A DNA stretch of 64,000 nucleotides, taken from NCBI GenBank assembly GCA_045630965.1, contig JAZQTU010000006.1, positions 16,567-80,566 of the forward strand, given 5' to 3'. Shown here piece by piece: positions 27,998 through 35,900 of this stretch. The notes beneath the pieces were generated by a model. It saw only the letters and a program-made list of their open reading frames with translations, had not been told where the DNA came from and did not search any database. Source of the DNA: Bacteroidaceae bacterium. GTDB taxonomy: Bacteria; Bacteroidota; Bacteroidia; Bacteroidales; Bacteroidaceae. The stretch's first letter is position 1. Each line of letters opens with the position of its first letter. The position numbers and the translations under genes were made by a program.

Positions 27998-28690
27998 TTA
28001 TATTAGTCCTTCGAAAAGGATGGCGGCGCCAACAGTCATGCATCCCGCAACAGCAACCGACAGGCTGCTCATAGCTCCTTCTACCTCGCCAATTTCCATT
28101 GCTTTGGCTGTTCCCATCACGTGTGATGCAGTGCCTATGGCAATTCCTCTGGCAACTGGGTTTTTGATGCCGAACAGTTTGCATATTCCTGCTCCTGCAA
28201 TGTTGCCGAACAATCCTGTAATCATTATTGCCGAAACGGTTATGGCTACGTACCCGTTGAGCTCTTCGGATAATCCAATTCCAATGGCTGTTGTTATTGA
28301 TTTGGGAAGTAACGTCACATATTCTGTGTGGTTCAGTTTGAACATAAGTGCCATTGCGAATATTGATATGAAACTTGTAAGTACTCCTGATGCGATACCT
28401 GCAAGTATGGCTGTCATGTTTTGTTTGAGCAACCTGACCTGTTCATAAAGTGGTATTGCCAGAGCTACGGTTGCCGGTGTCAGGAGGTAGCTAAGGTATT
28501 TGGCGCCGTTGTTGTACTGTTGGTATTCAATTCCGGTAAGCAATAATGTTGCTATTGTCATTGTTATTGCAAGCAACAATGGGTTGAAAAGAAAAAAGTT
28601 GCATTTTTTCTTTATATATGTGCCAATGAGGAATGTCCCTATGCTCAAGCCTACTCCAAAGAACAGTGAATTTCCTAGAATTTCTTTCAT
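27998..28690 (-). CDS. lrgB: LrgB/CidB-family membrane protein
   Basis: 230-aa polytopic membrane ORF. It overlaps the upstream lrgA-like gene by 4 nt and has LrgB-type GIAIGTASHVMGTAKA and related blocks. Confidence 0.8.
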   Translation of the reverse strand: MKEILGNSLFFGVGLSIGTFLIGTYIKKKCNFFLFNPLLLAITMTIATLLLTGIEYQQYNNGAKYLSYLLTPATVALAIPLYEQVRLLKQNMTAILAGIASGVLTSFISIFAMALMFKLNHTEYVTLLPKSITTAIGIGLSEELNGYVAITVSAIMITGLFGNIAGAGICKLFGIKNPVARGIAIGTASHVMGTAKAMEIGEVEGAMSSLSVAVAGCMTVGAAILFEGLI

Positions 28691-29049
28691 TGCTTTCCCT
28701 CCTTATTCTTTATGTTTATTATCCACTGTGTCATTCTTCCTGTTACAGCCATAACTATAACTGTAGAAACAAGAGATATTATAATAATTGCTGTTAGGAA
28801 GTCCTGCATTATGCTCCATGATTCAAGAAGTCCCACAGTGGCAGGAATGAACATCATTGGCATTATATATATAAGGAATTTGCCGGTTTCCTTTACGGAT
28901 GACAATTTTATAACTCCTGTACAGAGTGCTGTAAACAGAATTATCATGCCGTATATGCTTGCCGGGATGGGCAGTGGAATGAGTCTGTTCAACAGCTCTC
29001 CTATAAGTGATATCGCTATAATTATTTCAAATTGCAGAATATACTTCAT
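28687..29049 (-). CDS. lrgA: LrgA/CidA-family holin-like protein
   Basis: 120-aa ORF with 4 TM segments, translationally coupled to lrgB. Confidence 0.75.
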   Translation of the reverse strand: MKYILQFEIIIAISLIGELLNRLIPLPIPASIYGMIILFTALCTGVIKLSSVKETGKFLIYIMPMMFIPATVGLLESWSIMQDFLTAIIIISLVSTVIVMAVTGRMTQWIINIKNKEGKQ

Positions 29050-29132
29050 TGTACGCTATTTTGTTTGCAGATGCAAAATTAGTGATTTTTATAATATTGT
29101 CGGACGTTTAGACTAGTAAAATGCGTAAAACA

Positions 29133-29157
29133 TACCAGCCCGCTAAGTGGGCTGGTA
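29133..29157 (-). terminator. Hairpin downstream of the 158-aa membrane-protein gene
   Basis: 9-bp stem TACCAGCCC / GGGCTGGTA with a 7-nt loop. A T-rich tract follows on the minus strand. Confidence 0.5.
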
Positions 29158-29181
29158 GTGGATAACGTACTATGTTTATAT

Positions 29182-29658
29182 TTATTTCTTTATAATTTTA
29201 TATTCTGTTATAGGTTCGTATAAATAAGGAACAAAATGGTATGCACGGCAAATGATTATGCTTTTGCTTGCTGTTGCATGCAATGTGACTTTTATTGGTA
29301 AGTTGTCATTCATTCTATCTTTGCTCAGCAGATAATCGATTTCTTCTTTTTCGACCATGTTGGTTACCAACTCTTTCATGCTGAGTTCAAAGAACAACTC
29401 TCTTTTTGTCAGTTTCTCATTTGTTGGTTGGTATATCAAGGATTTTGATGTTATGAACAATTTTATTATACCAATCGTAGCCAATATGAATGCTATCATA
29501 AGCGTTGGCATTTTGGCGCTGTTTTCCACTCCCATGCCTAATGCAATAGCTAACAATACTATTGTTGCAACAAGAAGGAATAAAGGGATATATGGGAATT
29601 TCCTTTTAAGTATTATGTTGTTATTTTCAAGGAATAATTTATCAAAATCTGTATTCAT
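29182..29658 (-). CDS. Hypothetical membrane protein (2 TM + C-terminal soluble domain)
   Basis: 158-aa ORF with TM segments IPLFLLVATIVLLAIALG and TLMIAFILATIGIIKLFI. AT-rich, with no recognisable family. Confidence 0.55.
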   Translation of the reverse strand: MNTDFDKLFLENNNIILKRKFPYIPLFLLVATIVLLAIALGMGVENSAKMPTLMIAFILATIGIIKLFITSKSLIYQPTNEKLTKRELFFELSMKELVTNMVEKEEIDYLLSKDRMNDNLPIKVTLHATASKSIIICRAYHFVPYLYEPITEYKIIKK

Positions 29659-29747
29659 TATTTAGTTTTTTAGAATAGTTATACAAAATATAATTGGGTT
29701 GCCATTTGTAATGGCAACCTGTTTTTAATTTTTTTATATAACAATTG

Positions 29748-30137
29748 CTAAATAACGATATGCCTCAAGGCGTATATATAATATCTGCGTGTGTGGCGAT
29801 ATTGTATTACTGCCTTGTGGCATAGAGCGAAAAGATATTCCGCCTTAATAGTGTTTACATAACTTTTGAAACTGCATCCACTCTTTGTGTTGTCGTAAGT
29901 ACGCCTTGTTGTATTGTTTTTACCATGACGTGTAAACGATATGTTGTTTTGTTGTGGATGCTCGAACTTACAGTGTTGTAAACGTTCTTGTAATTTGCAG
30001 ATACTGTTTTTTGTACTGTTTTTAATCTTACCATACTCTTTGTTGCTATAGTTCTCGGCAGCAATGGTATTGCAATTGCCTATAACAAAAAGTGTTGTAA
30101 GGAACAGTAATATGAATATGTGTATTCTGCGTTTCAT
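29748..30137 (-). CDS. Hypothetical small secreted, basic protein
   Basis: 129-aa ORF with signal peptide MKRRIHIFILLFLTTLFVIGNC. Lys/Arg/Asn-rich with 5 Cys. Confidence 0.45.
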   Translation of the reverse strand: MKRRIHIFILLFLTTLFVIGNCNTIAAENYSNKEYGKIKNSTKNSICKLQERLQHCKFEHPQQNNISFTRHGKNNTTRRTYDNTKSGCSFKSYVNTIKAEYLFALCHKAVIQYRHTRRYYIYALRHIVI

Positions 30138-30195
30138 TAAGTTTAATGTTCTATCTTTTGCAAAGATAGTTATTTTTTAACAATAGTATTGTGCT

Positions 30196-30396
30196 TTAAT
30201 ACTTTTCCTCTTTCATTTTACAATCTCTTAATAGATGTTTCTCGTTTTTGCTTATGTATATGCTACATTTTATGAACAGTAGCAACGATGCTGTGAAGAT
30301 GATTGTGGATATGAGGTTATTGAAAAGATTTTCTGCTGTGCCTAACATGAGTATTAATCCGGCCAACTGTAAAGCTATTATAATTTTTGCATTCAT
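30196..30396 (-). CDS. Hypothetical small 2-TM membrane protein
   Basis: 66-aa ORF with two hydrophobic helices and a charged C-terminal tail (KNEKHLLRDCKMKEEKY). Confidence 0.4.
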   Translation of the reverse strand: MNAKIIIALQLAGLILMLGTAENLFNNLISTIIFTASLLLFIKCSIYISKNEKHLLRDCKMKEEKY

Positions 30397-30422
30397 GTTT
30401 TCTTGGTTTTTGTCAGTAAATA

Positions 30423-30794
30423 CTAAAATCTCCAGTAAATTAATTTTTCTGTTTTCGGGATGTTCCTTTTTGTAATGAGCGTCGCCTTTTCCAGTTCTTT
30501 GTTTTTCCTCATCAGTGTCACTTCGCCTATTACCTCTTCTTCGTCACAGTTCTTGTCAATTCTTACTTCAATCCTGTATCTGTCCGGTCCAACGGTCTTT
30601 ATTCTTCCTTTAAGAAAGTTCTGGACGTATTCCTCATTGATGTATCCTTCCTTGATGCTGTATATCTCAACAAGGTCGCTTCTGTTGCTGTTTTTGTGTT
30701 TTAACTTGAGCTTCAGATATTCCCAAAGTTCCATGATCTTTTCAAGAAACATTACGTAAAGATGTCTGCAATTGTTTATAACTCTGCTTTTCAT
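30423..30794 (-). CDS. Hypothetical cytoplasmic protein
   Basis: 123-aa ORF. It is the first gene of the minus-strand string, divergent from the repressor gene. No recognisable motif. Confidence 0.5.
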   Translation of the reverse strand: MKSRVINNCRHLYVMFLEKIMELWEYLKLKLKHKNSNRSDLVEIYSIKEGYINEEYVQNFLKGRIKTVGPDRYRIEVRIDKNCDEEEVIGEVTLMRKNKELEKATLITKRNIPKTEKLIYWRF

Positions 30795-30939
30795 AGTAAA
30801 TATTTTGTTGTTTTCTGCTACTATTAAATTTCAATGCCTTTTGTCTATCTCATCAGTTTATTATATATTTGTCAATAATGCGTTTTTGTCCTGTTTTATA
30901 GTGAAATTATGGACAAATGTGGTTGAATTTTATATATAA

Positions 30940-30955
30940 TAGCCAAATATGGCTA
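30940..30955. promoter_or_regulatory. Palindromic operator candidate TAGCCAAATATGGCTA
   Basis: 6-bp inverted arms TAGCCA/TGGCTA in the divergent intergenic region upstream of the S24 repressor gene. A near-identical site lies at 56605-56620. Confidence 0.5.
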
Positions 30956-30992
30956 CAAATATAGTTGTAAATTTTCTTATCGAGTTGTAGTA

Positions 30993-31010
30993 TTAGCTAA
31001 AATATGCTAA
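30993..31010. promoter_or_regulatory. Second, weaker palindrome TTAGCTAAAATATGCTAA
   Basis: Inverted arms TTAGC/GCTAA around an A/T-rich spacer, 34 nt upstream of the repressor ATG. It resembles the 30940 site. Confidence 0.25.
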
Positions 31011-31043
31011 TTTGGAATTTGTCTAATCAACATTGGTTTGTTT

Positions 31044-31676
31044 ATGAAAAAAGACAATATAAAAGAGAGGGTAATTGCCGTATTGAAGTATAAAGGTCTT
31101 AACGTGAACAGAGCGAGCAGTATATTTGCAATGCCCCAACGTACATTGAACCGTCAAGTGAATGAAGATGGAAAGGTTGCGATGGAGCTTGTGTATGCCA
31201 TTCTTGATAATTTTCCTGAAATATCCCCTGCATGGCTCATAATGGGGGAGGGTGATATGTTGCGTGAGGAAAGTGTTGTAATGGAATGCGAAACGGCACC
31301 TTTTTACAGTGACATGCCGGTAAGCGCCGGTTTAAGAGAGGCGTTTGACCCTTCTCGTGAAAAAGCAAGTGGTTACATCTCGTTGCCTTCACAGAATGCG
31401 AGTTTCTATTTCCCCGTTTCCGGTACTTCTATGGAACCCGAAGTCTTTGCCGGTGACATTGTCGGAGTGGTAAGGGTTGAACCTGACGACAAGATAACTC
31501 CTGATGCCATATATATGATTGTAACAAATGATGCCAGAATGATCAAACATTGTTACATTGATGAGAATAATCATGAACTTTTATGGTGTGTGTCACCTAA
31601 TTATCCATCTTTCCCTATAAATAAATCGGACATATGTGCTATGTTCCGTGTTGTTTCAAGGATACAGTATTTCTGA
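31044..31676 (+). CDS. S24-peptidase (LexA/CI-type) phage repressor
   Basis: The ORF opens with TTG at 31038, and ATG at 31044 is preferred. The N-terminal HTH-like region reads GLNVNRASSIFAMPQRTLNRQV...ISPAWLIMGEGDM. The C-terminal S24 domain has Ser in VSGTSMEP and Lys in ARMIKHC. Confidence 0.8.
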   Translation: MKKDNIKERVIAVLKYKGLNVNRASSIFAMPQRTLNRQVNEDGKVAMELVYAILDNFPEISPAWLIMGEGDMLREESVVMECETAPFYSDMPVSAGLREAFDPSREKASGYISLPSQNASFYFPVSGTSMEPEVFAGDIVGVVRVEPDDKITPDAIYMIVTNDARMIKHCYIDENNHELLWCVSPNYPSFPINKSDICAMFRVVSRIQYF

Positions 31677-31700
31677 TATACCTTTATATTAAATAAAAAT

Positions 31701-31736
31701 ATCCCAATTGTCATAAAATGGTAATTGGGATATTTT
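31701..31736. terminator. Bidirectional terminator between repressor and 78-aa gene
   Basis: 9-bp stem ATCCCAATT / AATTGGGAT, flanked by an A-run upstream and a T-run downstream. Confidence 0.6.
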
Positions 31737-31747
31737 TGTGCTCTGTT

Positions 31748-31984
31748 TCATTCGATACCCCGTAAGGTCTGTTGCAGAAGCACGCTGATATTTTCATCAC
31801 CCTGGTCTCGTTCCTTGTTCAACTTGACAAGAAAATCTGCAGTGGTTTTCAACGCCTGGTTTATTGTGCCCGGGTCTTCGCAGTTGAGAGTCAGTTTTTC
31901 CAGACGGCCTATCAGACGATGGAACAGAGCTAGTGTCTCGTTGTGTACATCGTCAAGTGTGACATTTTTCTTCTGTTTCTTCAT
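31748..31984 (-). CDS. Hypothetical small helical protein (78 aa)
   Basis: Divergent from the 32128 operon. It is preceded by one arm of the 18-bp inverted repeat. No recognisable motif. Confidence 0.5.
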   Translation of the reverse strand: MKKQKKNVTLDDVHNETLALFHRLIGRLEKLTLNCEDPGTINQALKTTADFLVKLNKERDQGDENISVLLQQTLRGIE

Positions 31985-32002
31985 TTCATTTATGTTTATC
32001 TG

Positions 32003-32114
32003 CTAAGTTATGGCGGATATAATCCTTTGTGGTTGCTGAAATGACAAAAGCATTCGCTGATGCTGCATTTTGTCATTTCAGCAACTTGATTCTTTCGTGA
32101 CCATGTTTCTTTTG
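32003..32114. promoter_or_regulatory. Divergent promoter region: perfect 18-bp inverted repeat carrying two TGTCATTTCAGCAAC boxes, each 21 nt from a -7-like box
   Basis: The arms are GTTGCTGAAATGACAAAA (32032-32049) and TTTTGTCATTTCAGCAAC (32068-32085). The plus side has TTCTTTTG at 32107-32114. The minus side has TAACTTAG (revcomp of 32003-32010). Confidence 0.6.
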
Positions 32115-32127
32115 CGTCAAAAAAACT

Positions 32128-32652
32128 ATGGCACTACCAATGATTTTGACAGGAATAAATGGGGCTTTGGGCCTCTATTCCACAATTAAGGGAATGATTG
32201 ATTCCCATGAGGCTAAAACAAAGCAGAACGCGTTACGTCAGGAAGCCCGTAACGAAGAGAATGCATGGTACAGAAGGAACTACTACGGCAATCTTATGGA
32301 TAACAAGGCCGCAAAGGCCGCCATAAAAAGGGTGGAGAATACCTTGCGCCGTAATAATGAAGAGGGGCGGGCGCGTAGTGTAATAACCGGTGCTACTCCT
32401 GAACATAACATTGCACGCAACGAGCAGGGACTACGTACAATGGAGAATGTTGTTGATAATCTTGCAGCCATTGACAGTAACGAAAAGAAAAGTATCGATG
32501 CTGCGCACAGGCAAAACAAAATCTCTATGATCAACAACGACCGTCAGCAACTTTCAATTGATGAGCGTATGGCCAAGAGTGCTGCATCAAACGGATACAA
32601 CCTTATGCAGAATGCCTTGTTGGGAGTGAACTGGGGAAAGGAGAAAAGATAA
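32128..32652 (+). CDS. Hypothetical virion-associated protein (174 aa)
   Basis: First gene of the operon that ends with the portal. It has a hydrophobic N-terminus followed by a long charged, Asn/Arg/Ala-rich helical sequence. Confidence 0.6.
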   Translation: MALPMILTGINGALGLYSTIKGMIDSHEAKTKQNALRQEARNEENAWYRRNYYGNLMDNKAAKAAIKRVENTLRRNNEEGRARSVITGATPEHNIARNEQGLRTMENVVDNLAAIDSNEKKSIDAAHRQNKISMINNDRQQLSIDERMAKSAASNGYNLMQNALLGVNWGKEKR

Positions 32653-32664
32653 TGTACATTGATT

Positions 32665-32955
32665 ATGAATGGAACTTATAAAGAAAATAAATCTGCGAAC
32701 TTTTGGGATGATTTTTTCAGGCGTCGGGAGAAAATGCTGCATGAACGGCAAGCCCGTGAATATGCTACGGGGGTTATTGGGCTGTTATCACAATTTCTTT
32801 CGCATAAAAAGCCAACAACTGAAACTGTTTCCAGTAAATCTTGTGGATATTTCTTCAACAAAGTGAATTGTATGCCCTGCTGCTATGCAGTCAGTATCAC
32901 TGCGGATATCTTGCCAGGGAAAGTAAAAAAGAACAGGATTAAAAGTAAAATTTGA
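32665..32955 (+). CDS. Hypothetical protein (96 aa)
   Basis: The ORF fills the gap between the 174-aa gene and the 1517-aa gene. ATG at 32665 is preferred, though the ORF opens with TTG at 32659. No motif. Confidence 0.45.
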   Translation: MNGTYKENKSANFWDDFFRRREKMLHERQAREYATGVIGLLSQFLSHKKPTTETVSSKSCGYFFNKVNCMPCCYAVSITADILPGKVKKNRIKSKI

Positions 32956-32958
32956 ATT

Positions 32959-35900
32959 ATGATATCAACGAACAATGACAATAGGAAAAAACGGAGTGAA
33001 AATAAAGATGTGTTCAATGCTGGCTATGAGAATGGGCTTTCGTTGAAAGGTATGGAATTTGGTGGAGAGGAACATGATATGTTTGCTACCGGGATGGATG
33101 CCATGAAAAGCCGTACGGCTGAAAAGTTGAACTATTTGACTGCTCCGGCTAATACCAAACAGCAGGAACTGGCCTTCAGGAACTCTTTTGCAGACTATAT
33201 GTTGCCTAAAGATTCTCAGGAACGTCATCGCAGGAATTATGCACTTTCAAGGGAGGCGCTCGATGATGTAGTCGGCGACTATTACAATAACAGCTTGAAA
33301 AGGAGATTTGAGATGAAGCGTGAGGATGCAAAAAGGGATGGTCGTAATGAATATATGCGTTATACATCTGTTCCTGGTGCCGACCCTGTCAATGCATACA
33401 AGGCTTCTGTGCGTGTCGATGATCCGGAGAGAGTTATTGATGAAACGATGAAAAGTGTGGACGATGATTATCTTATGAAACAGGTGGCGCCTTTGGCTTC
33501 GTATGGTGGCTATGATGCAAAGGAGTATGTCGATAATTTAGTAAAGCCGTCGTTGCGTGACAAAATGGTTAAAGAGTATATTGATGAAAATACTCCACGC
33601 AGCAGTGCTGAGTATGTCATGCGTTCTGCTTTTGACAATTCTCTAATGGGTAAAGTGGGGGCTCTTGGTTTGGCTGGGGATAAGTCTGCCAAGAGTAACC
33701 GTCTGCTTGCTTCCGAAGGAGTTGCCAATTATGATGCCAACAGAATGGAAAATTTTGCGGCAGGTGTCGGAGGTCTGCTTGTTGATACGCCTGCCTTTTC
33801 CGGTTTTGGAAGAGTCTCGGCTTCGATAGTGGGCAATGGAACCAGGAAGGCGGTTGAAAAGATTTCACGCAATGTCTTGTCGCGTTATAAGGACAGGCTT
33901 GTCAGCAAGGAATTCGCCGATGGCGTCGCACGCAAGGTTGTTGTAGAACGGCTGAAGAACCGCATAGTACAAGGTGCTACTGCTCAGGGTCTTACCCTTG
34001 GTGGGTATGACGTGGCAAACAGTGTGGCCGACGACATTCTTTATAACGGAACGGTCGATCCTGTCAAGGCTACAGGTTCTTTTGTCAAAGGATTTGCAAC
34101 GGGCGCGGCAGTTGGTGCTGTCGGTACATCAATGAGAGCACGCGTAAATGGCTTGACATCTGGAAAAAGATTGCTTTCCTCTGCGGGGGTGCTGAGCGCG
34201 GAGTCGGCTGTCTTTACAGCCGGAAGTGAACTGGACAAGCTGGCGCATGGTGTAGAGGTTGAGCCGATAGACCTGCTTTATGATTATGCAGAGAGTTCTG
34301 CAACTCTGCTTACAATGAGAATGGCCAATTGGCGTCCGAAAGGAGCTGCAGAAAAATTGGACAAGGAAGGGCATATAAAAGAAGAACTCAAACTCTCAAA
34401 ATCGCAAGCACAGGAACTTCGTGAGGCGAATGTCAATCCAGAAGAGTTTATGGAGATGATAGAACATGAATTGCGAATTCCTTCTCTCTCCAGCTCCGGT
34501 GCAAGATTGTTGAAGGAGAACTATGCCAAGCTAATGGCTGACAAGAACCTGTCTGCGGCTTCAAAATCAAAATTGATGTATCTTGTAGAGAATAAAATAA
34601 CATCTACACCGCCTGTGGTTTTTGATTATGAGGTTTCGCAAAATGAGCATGGAATATGGCTGGTGAAAATGCTTGATGCCGGCGGAGGGGTTGTTGAAAA
34701 TCTCTCTTTTGATAATGCCGGAGCTGCAAAAAGTCATCTCATTAAAGAGCGCGCAGGTATACGCAGGAACAGGATTGCTCATTTTGAAAATGAGTTGACT
34801 TCTGGTATCAATTCGTATAATTTTCTCCATGAAGCGGGGCTATATGCCAAAGAGAAGGGTGTCAGTGCCGACATCCTTGCTGAAGCAATGTACAAGAGTG
34901 CAAGAAAAGAACAACTCAATAGTACCGAGCAATTTATGATTGATGAGATTCTTGCCCGTTCATCGTATCATGAATCACAGATAAGCAGTGCGCTTTCAAA
35001 CGCAAGACGTAATATTGAAGAAAATTATAAGCTTGACAGAGGTGCTCTTTCGGCAATTGTCGACAAGCATTATTCGAATTGTACATTCACTGAAAATATG
35101 GCTCTTGACGAGTATGAGAACTTTGTACGTTCCGAGGTTGAAAGGATTAAGGAGCGTGCATCCGTGCCTCATCCTGCAGCGGTGCTCGGCATGAGCAATG
35201 CCGAAATCAAGCGTCGTGAGGCTGAAGAATACAATCAACGCCTGAATAATCGTCTTGCTGTGTCTGATGATGCGGTAACAAAACAGGATGCGGTTTTTGA
35301 AAAGTTGCGTGTTATTCCCGAAAACAGACCAGGACATGTCTGGAATGTTTATGGGCATGAGCTAAAGAAGGAGACTGTGGATGAGTATGAAAGACATGCG
35401 AGTGAGTTTTCAAGCAAGTTCGGTCAGGATATAGTATTCATTACAGACGAGCACCAGATTGAGAGACCAGCAGTAGAAACACCCGATGCTGTAAGAGAGT
35501 ACAACAACAGGCTGCATGCACTCGGTTGGGTCCATAAAGGAAAGGTGTATATAAACTTGCCGAATATTAAGGATCATGCTGAACTTGAAACTACAATAGT
35601 ACACGAAGTGGTGGGGCACCTTGGACTGAAGAAACTCTTTGGCCGTTATATGTATGACTTTATCGAGGATGTATACAAGAGCGCCGACGGTTCTGTAAGG
35701 CATGGCATAAACAAGATAAGGGATGCTTATGGCAAGACTGACATGTATACTGCAACAGAAGAGTATCTTGCAAGCCTTGTGGAAAAGGCGTATCCTAATG
35801 CTCAGGAGCGTAACCTTTTGGTCAGGTTCAAGGATTTTGTAAAAGGAATGCTTATAAGGCACAATATTTACAAGCCCAAGTATCGCAGAGTGAATGAAAA

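Noticed and set aside
27998-29049. lrgA/lrgB as the holin/antiholin of the phage element.
   Set aside because: Their composition is host-like (about 52% G+C in the line counted). They form a typical chromosomal coupled lrgAB pair and are separated from the repressor by the AT-rich island. The element has its own holin-like gene at 60445.
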